A stretch of DNA of 63,975 bases, counting the filler, from Candidatus Sysuiplasma jiujiangense (GTDB lineage Archaea > Thermoplasmatota > Thermoplasmata > Sysuiplasmatales > Sysuiplasmataceae), in NCBI GenBank assembly GCA_019721075.1. It is 6 parts of 6 records of this genome, joined end to end, with 100 filler letters (N's around TTAATTAATTAA, not from the genome) between each part and the next. Parts side by side here need not be neighbours in the genome. Positions count along the whole stretch, not along the records: positions 30,080 to 43,489 come from JAHEAD010000029.1; 5 more parts are not named here. One strand, written 5' to 3'. The position numbers and the translations under genes are program-made. Shown piece after piece: positions 30,792 through 41,630 of this stretch (positions are counted from its first letter, which is position 1; the number at the start of each line of letters is the position of its first letter). The notes under the pieces were generated by a model. The model was not told the DNA's origin. It made no database searches and saw only the letters and a list, made by a program, of their open reading frames with translations.

Positions 30792-31337
30792 TTATTTTTT
30801 CACTCCGGATCTGATTATTGTCCCAGCGATAATCAGGCCGATTCCTGCAGCAATCGCCGCCAGTCCGATCATCTCATAATCAAGATTGAACTGTTCTTCC
30901 TTCTGCGCATTTATGAGGTAAAATGAAACATCAGTCGTGTTTTTGCCAAACATAGCCACATAGTACATTCCTGTCAGGTTGTTGTATATGTTTCCGGTCG
31001 AATTGAGGCTGAATGTCAAACCATCTTCAGTCAAATTATCGCTGTTTAGCGGCATAACACTTATCCACGAAGCCGTCGTGCGATTCAATTCTCCCAATGA
31101 TGCGGCCGGAATGAGATACGCCGACTGATTCAGTGATTTGTTGAAGAGCAGCATGAGCACGTCCTGTCTGGTAAGGGTAAGTGCATTGGAGAGGTATTCA
31201 TCCGGCCCCTTTAACGTCAAGCTGCCTGTAGATGTTGATGAAGAATCAATAAGCTGGGAGAGGGATGCAAAAACTATTATGCCGACTATGAAGAAGGCAA
31301 TTCCCGGAATTAACAGTATTTTTCTCATTGTTTTCAC
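30792..31337 (-). CDS. Hypothetical membrane protein (N- and C-terminal TM)
   Basis: 181 aa; two terminal hydrophobic helices with a sequon-rich loop. Confidence 0.7.
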   Translation of the reverse strand: MKTMRKILLIPGIAFFIVGIIVFASLSQLIDSSSTSTGSLTLKGPDEYLSNALTLTRQDVLMLLFNKSLNQSAYLIPAASLGELNRTTASWISVMPLNSDNLTEDGLTFSLNSTGNIYNNLTGMYYVAMFGKNTTDVSFYLINAQKEEQFNLDYEMIGLAAIAAGIGLIIAGTIIRSGVKK

Positions 31338-31529
31338 TTCTTCATTCTGAAGCGGAACCAGTCAGAGCAGAGCGGGATGCTTACATTCGGAAGAGAACGT
31401 CCTGTGTTTCTGATAACAAGCGCTTCTCGCATTTATTCTTATCGAGAATGATCACTATCGGGAAATGATTCCGTGCAGACAGTGTACATGATCTTCTGTA
31501 GATTCCCTGCCCCTGTATCTTGCCTGCAG

Positions 31530-31772
31530 TCACTCCATAGCCTCTACGTTCAAGTACTTTCTTCCGGTCTGCCATTCCTCGTCTATGTCCATGAGAATGG
31601 ACACTGCAAGACGGAGTAACGACCTGTCATTGGGAAGTGCTCCGATCTTGCGTGTCCTTCTCTTCAGCTCCAGGTTAATGCGTTCGAGCATGTTCGATGT
31701 GCGCAGCCTTCTCCACTGGCACTTCGGAAATGCAGAGTAGCTGTGAAGCGAGTCCCGAAAGCGGTCGAACAT
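31530..31772 (-). pseudogene. IS256-family transposase C-terminal fragment
   Basis: LRTSNMLERINLELKRRTRKIGALPN..SLLRL. Confidence 0.9.
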
Positions 31773-31789
31773 GTCAACGGCCCTTGTCT

Positions 31790-32585
31790 TTCCCTTCAGT
31801 TCGAGCAGCGTCCTGGCGTCGCTCAGCCTGGCAGGATCGTTGAGTGCGAGCTGTATGGCGTCGACAACATGTGGTCAAGGAGAGGATAAGGCAGTTCACA
31901 AGGATAGTAACGGGCGTGGAGATAATCGAGGAAACAGCGAACACAATAGTCATAAAGGATCTCACTGATCCGGCAGAACTTTCCCAGGAAAAAGGTGTCA
32001 GGAGACTCCATCTGATCGTTCCTTCGATGCATTCAGACGTCATGATTTCCCCGCAGAAAAAAGATCAGAGCCTCACGGAAGATGTCATAAACAGAGACTC
32101 TGACGCGGATAGAATATACTGGTTGATCATGAAAGAGCACAACGTTCTGGCAAAAAATTTCATGATGGCAGAAAAGCTGCAAATAAGCCCAGAAGAAAGC
32201 TCATCATATTTTCAGATGGTGCGGTATCTTGAGAGAATAGGAGATCACGCAGTACAGATAGCCAGATCGGTTATACTGCTCAAAGATTACAGCGTGCCGA
32301 AAGACATCATGGCGCACCTTAAGTCGGCACATGAACACGATCAGAATGATGGACGATGCTGTGGGCACATTCTTCAAAAGGGGTGTATCTGAAGCCAATC
32401 AGGTTATAGACCGGAGGGACAGCCTCAATAACTCGCTTGGAGTCATTTCCGCGGACATACGGAAGGTAAGGTCAGACGAGGCCGTACACCTTGCACTGAT
32501 TGAGGAATCAATCCGAAGGGTAGCATATTATGCCACGGATATTTCTGAGATTACGATCAATTACTGCATGCTTGCTGACCAGTGA
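31790..32585 (+). pseudogene. phoU: PhoU-family phosphate regulator, 5'-truncated and frameshifted
   Basis: GVEIIEET, D.DADRIYWL, LERIGDHA in ORF 31844..32392; continues in another frame (ESIRRVAYYATDISE) in 32331..32585. Confidence 0.8.
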
Positions 32586-32940
32586 ACTGAAAAGTACAGA
32601 TCCATGAGTGGTCTGTCCCGGGCTTCCGGTATCTTCCTTCAGAGGACTGTTCTACATACGATCACGATCGGCGCAACACGAAGTCGGCCGCTTGCCGGTC
32701 GCAACTCAGGAATATGCACAGTGCCTGAGCCTTTCACGCATTCAGTTTGCAGGCGGATGCTCAGAATGCAACGTACCTGCCTGACATGAGTACTCATGGG
32801 CGCTAGCAACCGAATGCTTTTCCGTTCTCTCTTTCCGGGCACCACACTGTTACTGTCCGGGAATCTGTCCTGGATGCTTCGCACTGGAAAGAGATTTGGC
32901 ACATTACCCGGTCTGCTTTCCGGTTTGTGCCATCGCGCGT

Positions 32941-34416
32941 TCAGTCGTTAATCTTGCTATTGGAGACGAGGTACCTGGATTCCCCAGAAATATCTTCGAG
33001 AACCTTCAGCTTCGGCTCAGGGAGTAATGCGAATGTCAGAACCAGACCAACAGCAGAGAAAAACGCGAGCAGAAGAAACAGACCGTTTTCTCCAAAGGCA
33101 GCCACTATCCCCAAATTCAGAAGAGTGCCGAGGAACGCGCCAGTTTTTCCACCCGCAGCCGCCATACCCGATCCCAGTCCCCTTGTCGACACAGGGAATA
33201 CCTCCGGTGGATAGACAAAGGTTGTGACATTGGGTCCGAATTCTATGAAGAAGTAGCTTATGCCGTATAACGCAAGGAACGGCACTATCTGGGCCACAGA
33301 TATCAGACCAGGAACAAAGGCAAGCAGGCCGAATGATACCGTCATTGCGGCGAATCCTATCATTTGTATCGGTTTCCTGCCGATGCGATCCAGTGTAAAT
33401 GTCGCGATCCAGTAACCCGGAAACGCAGCAACGCCGAATATCAGTGCTGAAAGTTCGGTCGTCATTATGAGGTGATGGATGCCGGTAACGCTGCTGGGGA
33501 CAAGGAAACCAAGCATGGAACTCGACATTATCGAATTCCCGTAGAGTGCCCAGTCCATCAGAAACCATGAGCCTGCGGTCCCTATGACCAGTGCCAGAAG
33601 CCTGAAATCAGTAAACAGATAATACCACTTTGTCTTCACTACAGGAACGTTGCTGTCCGATGCTGTACTCGCACTCACGCCGCCAATACCTGCGTAATTT
33701 TTCAGGTCCCTGGCAGCTTTCTGCGCATTTCCCTTTACCCCCACCGTATATTTTGGCGTCTCAGGCATCTTTCTCCTGTAGTAAATTACGGCAGCCGCCG
33801 GCACAGCGCCAAGGGCAAGAAGTACCTTCCACGCGATCGCAGGCGGCACACCTCCGAGAAGGAGACCGAGGGTAACAATCGGGCCCGCCAGCAGTCCCAG
33901 GCTCTGCATTGAAAAAACCATTCCGACGAGCATTCCACGTTTTTTGGTGTTGGAATATTCTGCCATGATGGTGGAACTCGTGGCATAATCCCCTCCTATG
34001 CCAATGCCCAGGAGGAATCTCCATGCTATCAGTATGGCTACACCGTTGACGGGAGTGAGAAAGGCGCTCCCGAGAGCGCCAAATACAAGCAGCACCAGTT
34101 CAAGGCCATAAACGGCCTTTCTTCCAAAACGGTCAAGAAGACGGCCGAATACGAGTGCACCAACAACAGCGGCTATTAGTGCCGTTGAAGCGATAAGCGA
34201 ACTCTGGGCCGTAGTCAGCTTTGCCCAGCCTGCCAGGGGCAGGAGACCGAGCACAACACCTATGATAAACAAATCATAAGCATCAGTGAAAAATCCCATT
34301 CCTGCAAGAAGCCATGTCTTCAGATGAAATCCTGAAGTTCGTGCCTGGTTAATCTTGTTGAGTATCTCGTCTCTATCTGCAATTTCATCATTTTTGACGC
34401 CTTTATTTTCGGTCAT
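32941..34416 (-). CDS. MFS phosphate:H+ symporter (Pho84/PHS-like)
   Basis: GMGFFTDAYDLF, GIGIGGDY, FGPNVTTF.YP.E.FP...RG. Confidence 0.88.
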   Translation of the reverse strand: MTENKGVKNDEIADRDEILNKINQARTSGFHLKTWLLAGMGFFTDAYDLFIIGVVLGLLPLAGWAKLTTAQSSLIASTALIAAVVGALVFGRLLDRFGRKAVYGLELVLLVFGALGSAFLTPVNGVAILIAWRFLLGIGIGGDYATSSTIMAEYSNTKKRGMLVGMVFSMQSLGLLAGPIVTLGLLLGGVPPAIAWKVLLALGAVPAAAVIYYRRKMPETPKYTVGVKGNAQKAARDLKNYAGIGGVSASTASDSNVPVVKTKWYYLFTDFRLLALVIGTAGSWFLMDWALYGNSIMSSSMLGFLVPSSVTGIHHLIMTTELSALIFGVAAFPGYWIATFTLDRIGRKPIQMIGFAAMTVSFGLLAFVPGLISVAQIVPFLALYGISYFFIEFGPNVTTFVYPPEVFPVSTRGLGSGMAAAGGKTGAFLGTLLNLGIVAAFGENGLFLLLAFFSAVGLVLTFALLPEPKLKVLEDISGESRYLVSNSKIND

Positions 34417-34898
34417 CGGTATTAAGACAGCACTGCCGTGTTATCTAAACATATTCAGCATAGACTCGTTAGGCTATGTGCTGCTATATGCTCTATATAG
34501 AGAGGAGCGAGGTGTGGACGACCGGGTCGCCGCCCATTGCTTTTTCTCTGTTGAAATTTCACGAGATCGGCGGTGAGCCTCCTCCCGTTTCTTGCTTGTG
34601 TGCACACATCAGTGTCAAATCTTCTTGATCCGTTTTCGAAAGTGTGAACGACGGGAAATCTGCAGTTCGTACAGATGCGGGGTGCGGTATTTGTCGATTT
34701 GTGATAGAATCTTTTCGTGCCAGCTTGCTGTTGCTTTGTCTGCATTATCAGTTTCTGCGTCGCAGTATTGAGCCGCCTCGCGTTCAATAAAGGCAGTGGC
34801 GCACTTTCATGCTAAGAGGCTTTTCTGCACGTTCTGCTGGCAACAGTAAATCTGGATAAATTCGACCACCATTGATTGACGCTTCTTGTCATGACATG

Positions 34899-35032
34899 AG
34901 GCCACAGCCCCCATCTCCATTACGTTGTTCAGGAACCGCTCAAGGAGGGAAGCCATTCCCTCCCTGTTCTGTTCCAGAAACCCAATCATTATATCCTTCA
35001 GTTCAGTTGTTTCCATGCCTTGTGTTTTCATG
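34899..35032 (-). pseudogene. IS256 transposase N-terminal stub
   Basis: MKTQG...LLERFLNNVMEM directly inside the TIR; a near-identical stub occurs at 58191. Confidence 0.75.
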
Positions 35033-35500
35033 TTTAACACTCCTAATGTTTTGCAGGAAGACACAGGGTCTAAAAGAATTTACAGAAAACGCTGTACACT
35101 ACCTCCGTGCATGGACTTTGAGTTCATTAACGAGAACATTTAAGAAGGTTTTTTTTATCGCGTTAAACCCTGACTCCCGCCTTTTTGCTCTTCCGGGCAC
35201 TAAAACATGGAGTTAAGAGTACCGAATGCGGTAACTGAGCGGACAGCATCGCCTACATTGCGTGACAGGCTTGTGTGGCACTTCAGTAAAGGGGCCAGGG
35301 AAAATGTGGCGCTGTAGTATCTCTCCAGGATTTTTGCTATTGAGCCTGATGACGCTTCCCTCTTTGCAATTGTATTGGAATGACATGCCGGGGAGCAGAT
35401 TCATGCAGTCCGCTTCACATTACATCGCAAACCGTTTGGCGATGGTGTAAAACCGCAAGCAGAACAGCATAGAACATCTACCCAATTCACGGGCATCCAA

Positions 35501-35727
35501 TCACTGTTTGAATGCATTCAAAGAAGGGGGACGGAGACGTTTCCATCAGGAAGGAATCCATTATCGCCGTGCGATGGCTCCTGTTGTTGTCTTTTTCAGT
35601 CATACTGATCCCACACTCCTGGAATGGTGTATTTCGAGATCGTCCTGCCAATTATGAAGAAAGATATAAATAAGGTGGTAGGCAATAAAAGTCTAATGCA
35701 GGAACGTAACAGGCTGAGGAAAATCGC
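35501..35727 (+). repeat. Dispersed ~227-bp repeat, copy 1 (copy 2 at 57591-57816)
   Basis: Clear alignment by eye; includes the perfect palindrome TTTGAATGCATTCAAA. Confidence 0.9.
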
Positions 35728-35847
35728 TCAGATGCCGCAGCATCCGACAAAAACCAAGCTATTTTAATAGACAAACCCTGTGAAGCATGCAGATTGCAAA
35801 ACCGGTAATCTAAATATATTTAAGATATTAATCATCTTATAAATTAA

Positions 35848-36459
35848 ATGGTGAGGAATAAAATGGGATGTCTCGAAGCAACCATCGAACTTGAGAGATC
35901 AGACTGTGTTGTCACAAATTTGATATCTTCAAAACTTTCCGGAGCAGAAGTAAGCAGGCTGTCAATCGGAAGGGAAGTAAGCCTCCACCGTGTGATATCA
36001 GAAAATGTACTGGACATAATAACACAGTTGAGACAGGTATCAGAAAGCGTGAGAAAAGTTGGCAGCGATGCCCTTTGGGTTGAAAGCAAAAGTTGTTCGG
36101 CCTGCAGGTTTCTTTCTGATAAAGGAATTCCTGTGGTTTCGAGTAAAACGGTGGATGAAAAGCACGTACAATACAGGGTGCTTTTGCAGTCAAAGAGATC
36201 AGTTCAGCACCTTCTGGAAATGATGGAGAAGGGTGGATTGAGGCCAAGGCTTGTCGAGGTCGTCAACAACGAGCTCTATGAGTTGACTGAAAGGGAGAAG
36301 GAGGTTTTGCTTTTTGCATTTAACCATGGCTATTTCGACAGCGAGAGGCAATCCAGTCTTACAGATCTGGCACAGAGTCTCAGGGTGTCTCCATCGAGTC
36401 TCTCCGATGTGATGAGAAGGGGATTGAAAAAGATCGTCGCAGAGTATTTAAAGAAATGA
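35848..36459 (+). CDS. HTH-10 (bacterio-opsin activator-like) transcriptional regulator
   Basis: LTEREKEVLLFAFNHGYFD..R..SLTDLA..L.VS.SSLS...RRG.KK. Confidence 0.9.
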   Translation: MVRNKMGCLEATIELERSDCVVTNLISSKLSGAEVSRLSIGREVSLHRVISENVLDIITQLRQVSESVRKVGSDALWVESKSCSACRFLSDKGIPVVSSKTVDEKHVQYRVLLQSKRSVQHLLEMMEKGGLRPRLVEVVNNELYELTEREKEVLLFAFNHGYFDSERQSSLTDLAQSLRVSPSSLSDVMRRGLKKIVAEYLKK

Positions 36460-36544
36460 AAGGCAAGTTATATTTTTACCTGGTATATTTTTTAATACCT
36501 GCTAAACAAATATTATTTATAATTCTCAAAGGCTTGTTATCGGC

Positions 36545-37201
36545 ATGGAATTGATTAAAGACAAGGAAAGAACGAAGCTCAAGGAAATTTTCGATAATGA
36601 GCTGGAAAAGAACGTACGGATTGTGCTGTTCACTTCTAAAGACAACTGCGAATATTGTGATGATACGGCGGAATTGCTGAATGAGATTTCTGAGATTTCA
36701 GGAGGCAGGATAACAGTCGAAACGCATGATATCGAAGCAGACAGGGCTGTTGCCAAAAAGTACAGAATTGACAAGGCACCTGCAATAATAATACCGTTTG
36801 GTGATGTAGATGGAATGCGTTACTTCGGCATACCCGGCGGTTACGAGTTTATGAGCCTAATTGAAGATATGGTGGATGTGTCGAGGGAGAGAACCTCACT
36901 TCCCGATGATATCAGGTCGGAAATAAAGAAAATAGATACTGATGTGCATATCCAGGTTTTTGTGACACCCACATGCCCATGGTGTCCAAAAGCTGTCAGA
37001 ACAGCGCATCAATTTGCAATGGAAAACAGCAAAATCACCTCTGATATGGTCGAATCCATGGAGTTTCCGGAACTCGCAGCCACATTTGAAGTAATGGCTG
37101 TCCCCAAGGTGGTAATCAATAACGGCACAACGTTCGAGGGCGCACTTCCTGAGCAAAATTTCCTCGACTACGTGAAGAGATCCATTTCGAATCAGGCGTA
37201 G
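36545..37201 (+). CDS. Protein disulfide oxidoreductase (two thioredoxin folds)
   Basis: CEYC and CPWC active sites; GIPGGYEF. Confidence 0.92.
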   Translation: MELIKDKERTKLKEIFDNELEKNVRIVLFTSKDNCEYCDDTAELLNEISEISGGRITVETHDIEADRAVAKKYRIDKAPAIIIPFGDVDGMRYFGIPGGYEFMSLIEDMVDVSRERTSLPDDIRSEIKKIDTDVHIQVFVTPTCPWCPKAVRTAHQFAMENSKITSDMVESMEFPELAATFEVMAVPKVVINNGTTFEGALPEQNFLDYVKRSISNQA

Positions 37202-37214
37202 TGTATTTGTCTGA

Positions 37215-38423
37215 TCAGATAAACCTTTTAAGTTCCGGTATCAGCTTATCAACATCCTCCTCTTCATTGAAGCAGTGAATCGACATTCTTATGCCGCCGA
37301 TACCCCCTGCGCCTCTGCACGAGAGGGCGAAGCCCCGTGTCGCGAGTTTGGCAACAATTTCGAAATGCTCTCGCCAGTTGTCTTTCAATCTGAACGTAAG
37401 AATCGAGGATCGCTCTGTTTTTTCGGAAGGAGATATAATTTTACCCCCAATGCCCTCTATTTTCTCTGAAGCGTATTCATACAGCTGATAAATTCTCTTC
37501 TCGACATTGTTTATATTCAGCTCGTTTAGCAATTGCAGCGAAACAGCATGAGCCGCAATTCCTGTATGATTCATCCAGCCGCCATATTCAAATCGCTTTG
37601 CTGTCCCAACCGCTTCACGCTCTTCAAATGGGTCATTTGACTCATCCGCGAAGTACGCCGGCCATCCTTTTTCCGGTTTCTTTGTGTTGTTCAGACTCGG
37701 ATACGGCACTGCAAGTCGGTCAAAATTCCTCTGATTTACAAAGAGGACAGCCGAGCCAAATGGCGAAAACATCCATTTCTGTCCACCTGCGGCAACAAAA
37801 TCAACATCATTTTTCCGAACATCGATGTTCCCTGCCCCCATCTGCTGAACGGCGTCAACGACAAGATAGCCTCCGGATTCATGGGTTATCTTTGCGATCT
37901 CCTTCAGATCTGCTCTGTATCCGTTCAGCCAGTTCACAGAGCTTATCAGGACAGCGCTCGTGTGCTCGTCTATCAGTCTGTCAAATCTTTCCGCTTCCAC
38001 CTTTCCGTCGCCGCATTGCGCAATTCTCTGCTCAACACCCCTCTTTTTCCATCTTGCTCCTTCGAAACCGGCAGTCGGGAACTCTATGCTGTCCGTCACT
38101 ATGTTTTCTCCCCTGGAAGGATTGATGCAGTTCATCGCGATCTGGAGACCCTGGGTTGTGCTGCTGCCTGCACACACGATTTCATCGGCATCGGCGTTAA
38201 GCAGTCTGGAAGCCTCTTTTCTCAGCTCGCCAGACTGTTGTTCCCAGAGCGCACTGACGTCGTTATCACTGAAATAATGAACGGAATCTGCCATCTCTTT
38301 CACTTTTTTCACTGCAGACGAGGGGGCCGGAGAAAATGAAGCCCAGTTGAAAAAAATCTTTTTGCCGAAAACTTCGAATTCCTCTCTTTTAAATCCGGAC
38401 ATGCCATGCCATAAGTTCAGCAT
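37215..38423 (-). CDS. Class V PLP aminotransferase / cysteine desulfurase-like
   Basis: VVDAVQ, GGQKWM..P.G, RFEYG, IRMSIH.FN. Confidence 0.9.
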   Translation of the reverse strand: MLNLWHGMSGFKREEFEVFGKKIFFNWASFSPAPSSAVKKVKEMADSVHYFSDNDVSALWEQQSGELRKEASRLLNADADEIVCAGSSTTQGLQIAMNCINPSRGENIVTDSIEFPTAGFEGARWKKRGVEQRIAQCGDGKVEAERFDRLIDEHTSAVLISSVNWLNGYRADLKEIAKITHESGGYLVVDAVQQMGAGNIDVRKNDVDFVAAGGQKWMFSPFGSAVLFVNQRNFDRLAVPYPSLNNTKKPEKGWPAYFADESNDPFEEREAVGTAKRFEYGGWMNHTGIAAHAVSLQLLNELNINNVEKRIYQLYEYASEKIEGIGGKIISPSEKTERSSILTFRLKDNWREHFEIVAKLATRGFALSCRGAGGIGGIRMSIHCFNEEEDVDKLIPELKRFI

Positions 38424-38450
38424 GTCTTTATCGTTTTCATATGCCGGCCT

Positions 38451-38954
38451 CTACCTTTGCCCTCTTTTTCTCACTATATTGAATATATCGGCAAGTGCGA
38501 GCACACAGAAAATAAGTCCGATGATCAGTGTTATGAAAAAGAATATCTCAATGTCGCTGAAAATCGAAGTCGTATTGATTGTGGATACAGAATTTATGAA
38601 GGCAATGAGCATGAGAAGGATGCCGTTCAGTATTGTGAACAGGAAGAGCCTGTTTACCTGTGCGAAAATCGGCTGTTTAAGGCTCTCACCTGAAAAATGC
38701 GGAAGCATTGTCACCATGATGGCATAAGCAGCCAGGCCCAGCCCTATTATGGTACTGTAGACTGTAAGAAGTTCCGGCGTGTTGAAAAATGCTCTGAAAT
38801 TTGACGAGGGGGAGTAAAGGCCAAACCTGCTGAGCCCCTTGTCCACCATAAGGAGCGTGAATATGAATGACACTATGAATGCGGTGCTCACCTTGTACAG
38901 GCTTTCAACTGTTCCTCTCATCCTGATTTGTGCCATGGGCTTAAGACAGAGCAT
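38451..38954 (-). CDS. Hypothetical four-TM membrane protein
   Basis: Hydrophobicity pattern. Confidence 0.6.
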   Translation of the reverse strand: MLCLKPMAQIRMRGTVESLYKVSTAFIVSFIFTLLMVDKGLSRFGLYSPSSNFRAFFNTPELLTVYSTIIGLGLAAYAIMVTMLPHFSGESLKQPIFAQVNRLFLFTILNGILLMLIAFINSVSTINTTSIFSDIEIFFFITLIIGLIFCVLALADIFNIVRKRGQR

Positions 38955-39169
38955 CTCGATCTAAATTAAGTCTTTACTGTCGAATTACCAATTTCAAATA
39001 ATCTTGATGTGCAGTATCAGCCTGTCCGTATCCCGAACGGGCAAGTTTAAAATATAGTCGATCAGCTATTATTCGCCAGAGTGGGTCGAACCTGTCAATA
39101 CCGGCATTAATCATCTCCACAACAATTTATATTATTGTTAAAATCGGTTACCCCGGCATATTTGTTCTT

Positions 39170-39739
39170 ATGCTTCTCGAAGGCATGCTTCTCCCTATAC
39201 CATCCGAAGTCGTTATGGCTTTCGGCGGATATATGGTTGTTACAGGAGCCCTTCAGGCCCAGCTCGGAATTCCAGCAGTCATACTGCTGCTTTTATCCGG
39301 AACAGTCGGAAACGTTACCGGTGCCTCAATTGCATATTATATAGGCAAACTGGGAGGGTTGAGGTTCATAGAGCGCTATGGCCGTTACCTTCTGATTGAT
39401 AATAAGTCTGTCATAAGGGCGCAGCGATTTTTCGATAAATATGGTTCTATGTCCGTGTTTGCGACAAGACTCCTTCCAATTTTCAGGACATTTATCTCTA
39501 TTCCTGCCGGCATAGCGCAGATGGACATCAAAACATTCCTTGTATACACTTCACTGGGAACTTTGAGCTGGAATTCAATTCTTATCTATCTCGGATTCAC
39601 GCTCGGAAGCAAATGGCAGCTTCTTCTGCCGTTTTTTGACTTTCTCACGTATGTTGTTGCGCTGGTAATAGTCGCATTTTTCATATGGTGGCTCTGCACA
39701 ACAATCAAAAGAAAACACGTGGCGGCTTCGGCAAAGTAG
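39170..39739 (+). CDS. dedA: DedA-family membrane protein (true start probably upstream)
   Basis: LPIPSEVVM..GG, RLLPIFRTFISIPAG. Confidence 0.92.
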   Translation: MLLEGMLLPIPSEVVMAFGGYMVVTGALQAQLGIPAVILLLLSGTVGNVTGASIAYYIGKLGGLRFIERYGRYLLIDNKSVIRAQRFFDKYGSMSVFATRLLPIFRTFISIPAGIAQMDIKTFLVYTSLGTLSWNSILIYLGFTLGSKWQLLLPFFDFLTYVVALVIVAFFIWWLCTTIKRKHVAASAK

Positions 39740-39749
39740 CCGGCTGTTT

Positions 39750-40508
39750 TTACAACAGTCCTTTTCCTCCGTCAACAAGCAGCGTCTGGCCGGTTATGAA
39801 CGATGCCTCGTCGGAAAGCAGAAATCTTACCGGACCGGCTATGTCTGTCGGTGTTCCCCATCTTCCCAGCGGTGTATCAATTTCTACCTCCTTCTTGAAA
39901 TCAGGGTCGCGCCACCCCGACATGTTCAGATCGGTCATAACGAAACCGGGTGCGACACAGTTGACTCTCACCTCCGGTGCAAGATCCAATGCCAAACTTT
40001 TTGTGAGATGGGATACAGCGGCCTTGCTTGCCTGATAGGCATAAGCACCCCTGTCCGGGACCAGACCCAGAATGGATGAAATATTGACCACGCAGCCTCT
40101 GTTTTTCTTTAGCTGCTGAAACAGGCTTTTGATCAGAAAAATACCGGCCCTGAGATTCGTGTTGATCACACTTTCCCATTCGTTGAAATTCATTTCAGTC
40201 AGTCCGCTACCCGAGTAAATGCCAGCATTGTTGACAATTCCATACAGCTTTCCTGTTCTATCTTCAACCATCCGTGCAAGTTGCAGTACGCCCTGTCTCT
40301 TTGAAAGGTCTGCTTTCAATAACCGCTCCTCCCTTTTCCCCCCTATCTCATGTAGAAGAGAAAGTGCCTCCTTTTCGTTTTTATTGTAGTGTACCAGAAC
40401 ATCTGCGCCTGCCTCAGTCAATGAAAGGGCAACTGCTCTGCCTATTCCTCTGCTCGCACCAGTTACGAGAATTACTTTCTTCCGTAAAGTGGTGGAATTT
40501 CCTGCCAT
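39750..40508 (-). CDS. SDR-family oxidoreductase (FabG-like)
   Basis: TGASRGIG, NNAG, YQASK, VRVNCVAPG, DGG. Confidence 0.93.
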   Translation of the reverse strand: MAGNSTTLRKKVILVTGASRGIGRAVALSLTEAGADVLVHYNKNEKEALSLLHEIGGKREERLLKADLSKRQGVLQLARMVEDRTGKLYGIVNNAGIYSGSGLTEMNFNEWESVINTNLRAGIFLIKSLFQQLKKNRGCVVNISSILGLVPDRGAYAYQASKAAVSHLTKSLALDLAPEVRVNCVAPGFVMTDLNMSGWRDPDFKKEVEIDTPLGRWGTPTDIAGPVRFLLSDEASFITGQTLLVDGGKGLL

Positions 40509-40551
40509 ACCAAATAAAGCACCTTCTATCATGAATTCACTCTCTGCGTGG

Positions 40552-41076
40552 TCAGGCGATCTTTTCAAGATTGCCCCTGTACCTCCTGCAGAATGTATTG
40601 TAATTTTCTTTGTACTTTGTCCAGACGTCTCTGTATTCCTGCGTAATCTTACCGATGACTCTGGCCGGAACACCCACTGCAACAGACTCATCGGGAATTT
40701 CGGATCTTGCCTTCACCACGCATCCTTCACCCACCGCTGCCCATTTGCCGACGAGTGCGAAATCAGAAACCACAGATCCCATGCCGAGTGTCGCCCAGTC
40801 TGAAACCCTTCCTGTGTGGACTATGGAAGCATGCCCAAGTGTCACATGCTCTCCAATATCCGTTTGTTCGCCGGGTCTTGCGTGAATCACGCAGTTGTCT
40901 TCTACAGCCGTATATGCTCCAACATTGATTTTCCCGTAGTCTCCTCTCAAAACAGCACCCGGACCCACCCACACGTTTTCCCCTATCGACACAGCTCCAA
41001 TGACTGTCGCGTTCTCGAATATGTATGCCGATTCGGCTATCTCTGGAATTCTTCCCTCAAACGAATATAAGGACAT
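40552..41076 (-). CDS. Gamma-carbonic anhydrase / PaaY-like hexapeptide-repeat protein
   Basis: VWVGPGAVLRGD, EDNCVIH, TLGH...H. Confidence 0.92.
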   Translation of the reverse strand: MSLYSFEGRIPEIAESAYIFENATVIGAVSIGENVWVGPGAVLRGDYGKINVGAYTAVEDNCVIHARPGEQTDIGEHVTLGHASIVHTGRVSDWATLGMGSVVSDFALVGKWAAVGEGCVVKARSEIPDESVAVGVPARVIGKITQEYRDVWTKYKENYNTFCRRYRGNLEKIA

Positions 41077-41630
41077 CGTATCTTCCATACAATTCATGGT
41101 GATTAATTTTTGTTTAGATGTAAAAATTGGCTCCGCACCGCTGTGAATCCGCGCAGTTGTCCGAATCTGCCGTTCATGTAGACGGGCGTACATCTGAGTG
41201 TTATAAGAAGGAATGACCGGAAAATCAGCGGGCAAGTACTTTTCCAGTTATTGTCTGAGACCTATGCAATCCGCAATAATTCCGGGTATCACTTGTCCTT
41301 GCTTGGCTCAAAAATTATCTCCATAGTCCCCTTCTTGACAACAACGCCGTCCTCAAAAGTGATTGTTTCTTTATCGCTCTTTACAATCCTTCCATGGTTT
41401 ACGCCACATTTGCTTGCGACACTGCTGTCCGGTTTCATGTTCTGCATTAGTGCGACCTCCTGATCTTCATCAAATTCCTTTTTCTTGGTTCAGTCTGTGA
41501 ACTCCGATCGGCTATAAGTGAATATTCTCCCTGATATTTTCCTTTTTGGAGTCGTGATGTTCCACCCTATGACCCTTTTTGAGAAAAACATTTATGATTC
41601 ATAATATGTGGGTGCGGAATGTAATTCAAC

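Larger units (their letters stand above)
31478..35103 (-). mobile_element. Non-autonomous IS256-derived element carrying phosphate transporter cargo
   Basis: 28-bp imperfect TIRs (31478-31505 and 35076-35103, 21/28 match); 8-bp TSD TCCGTGCA at 31470-31477 and 35104-35111; transposase N- and C-terminal stubs in correct order. Confidence 0.85.
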
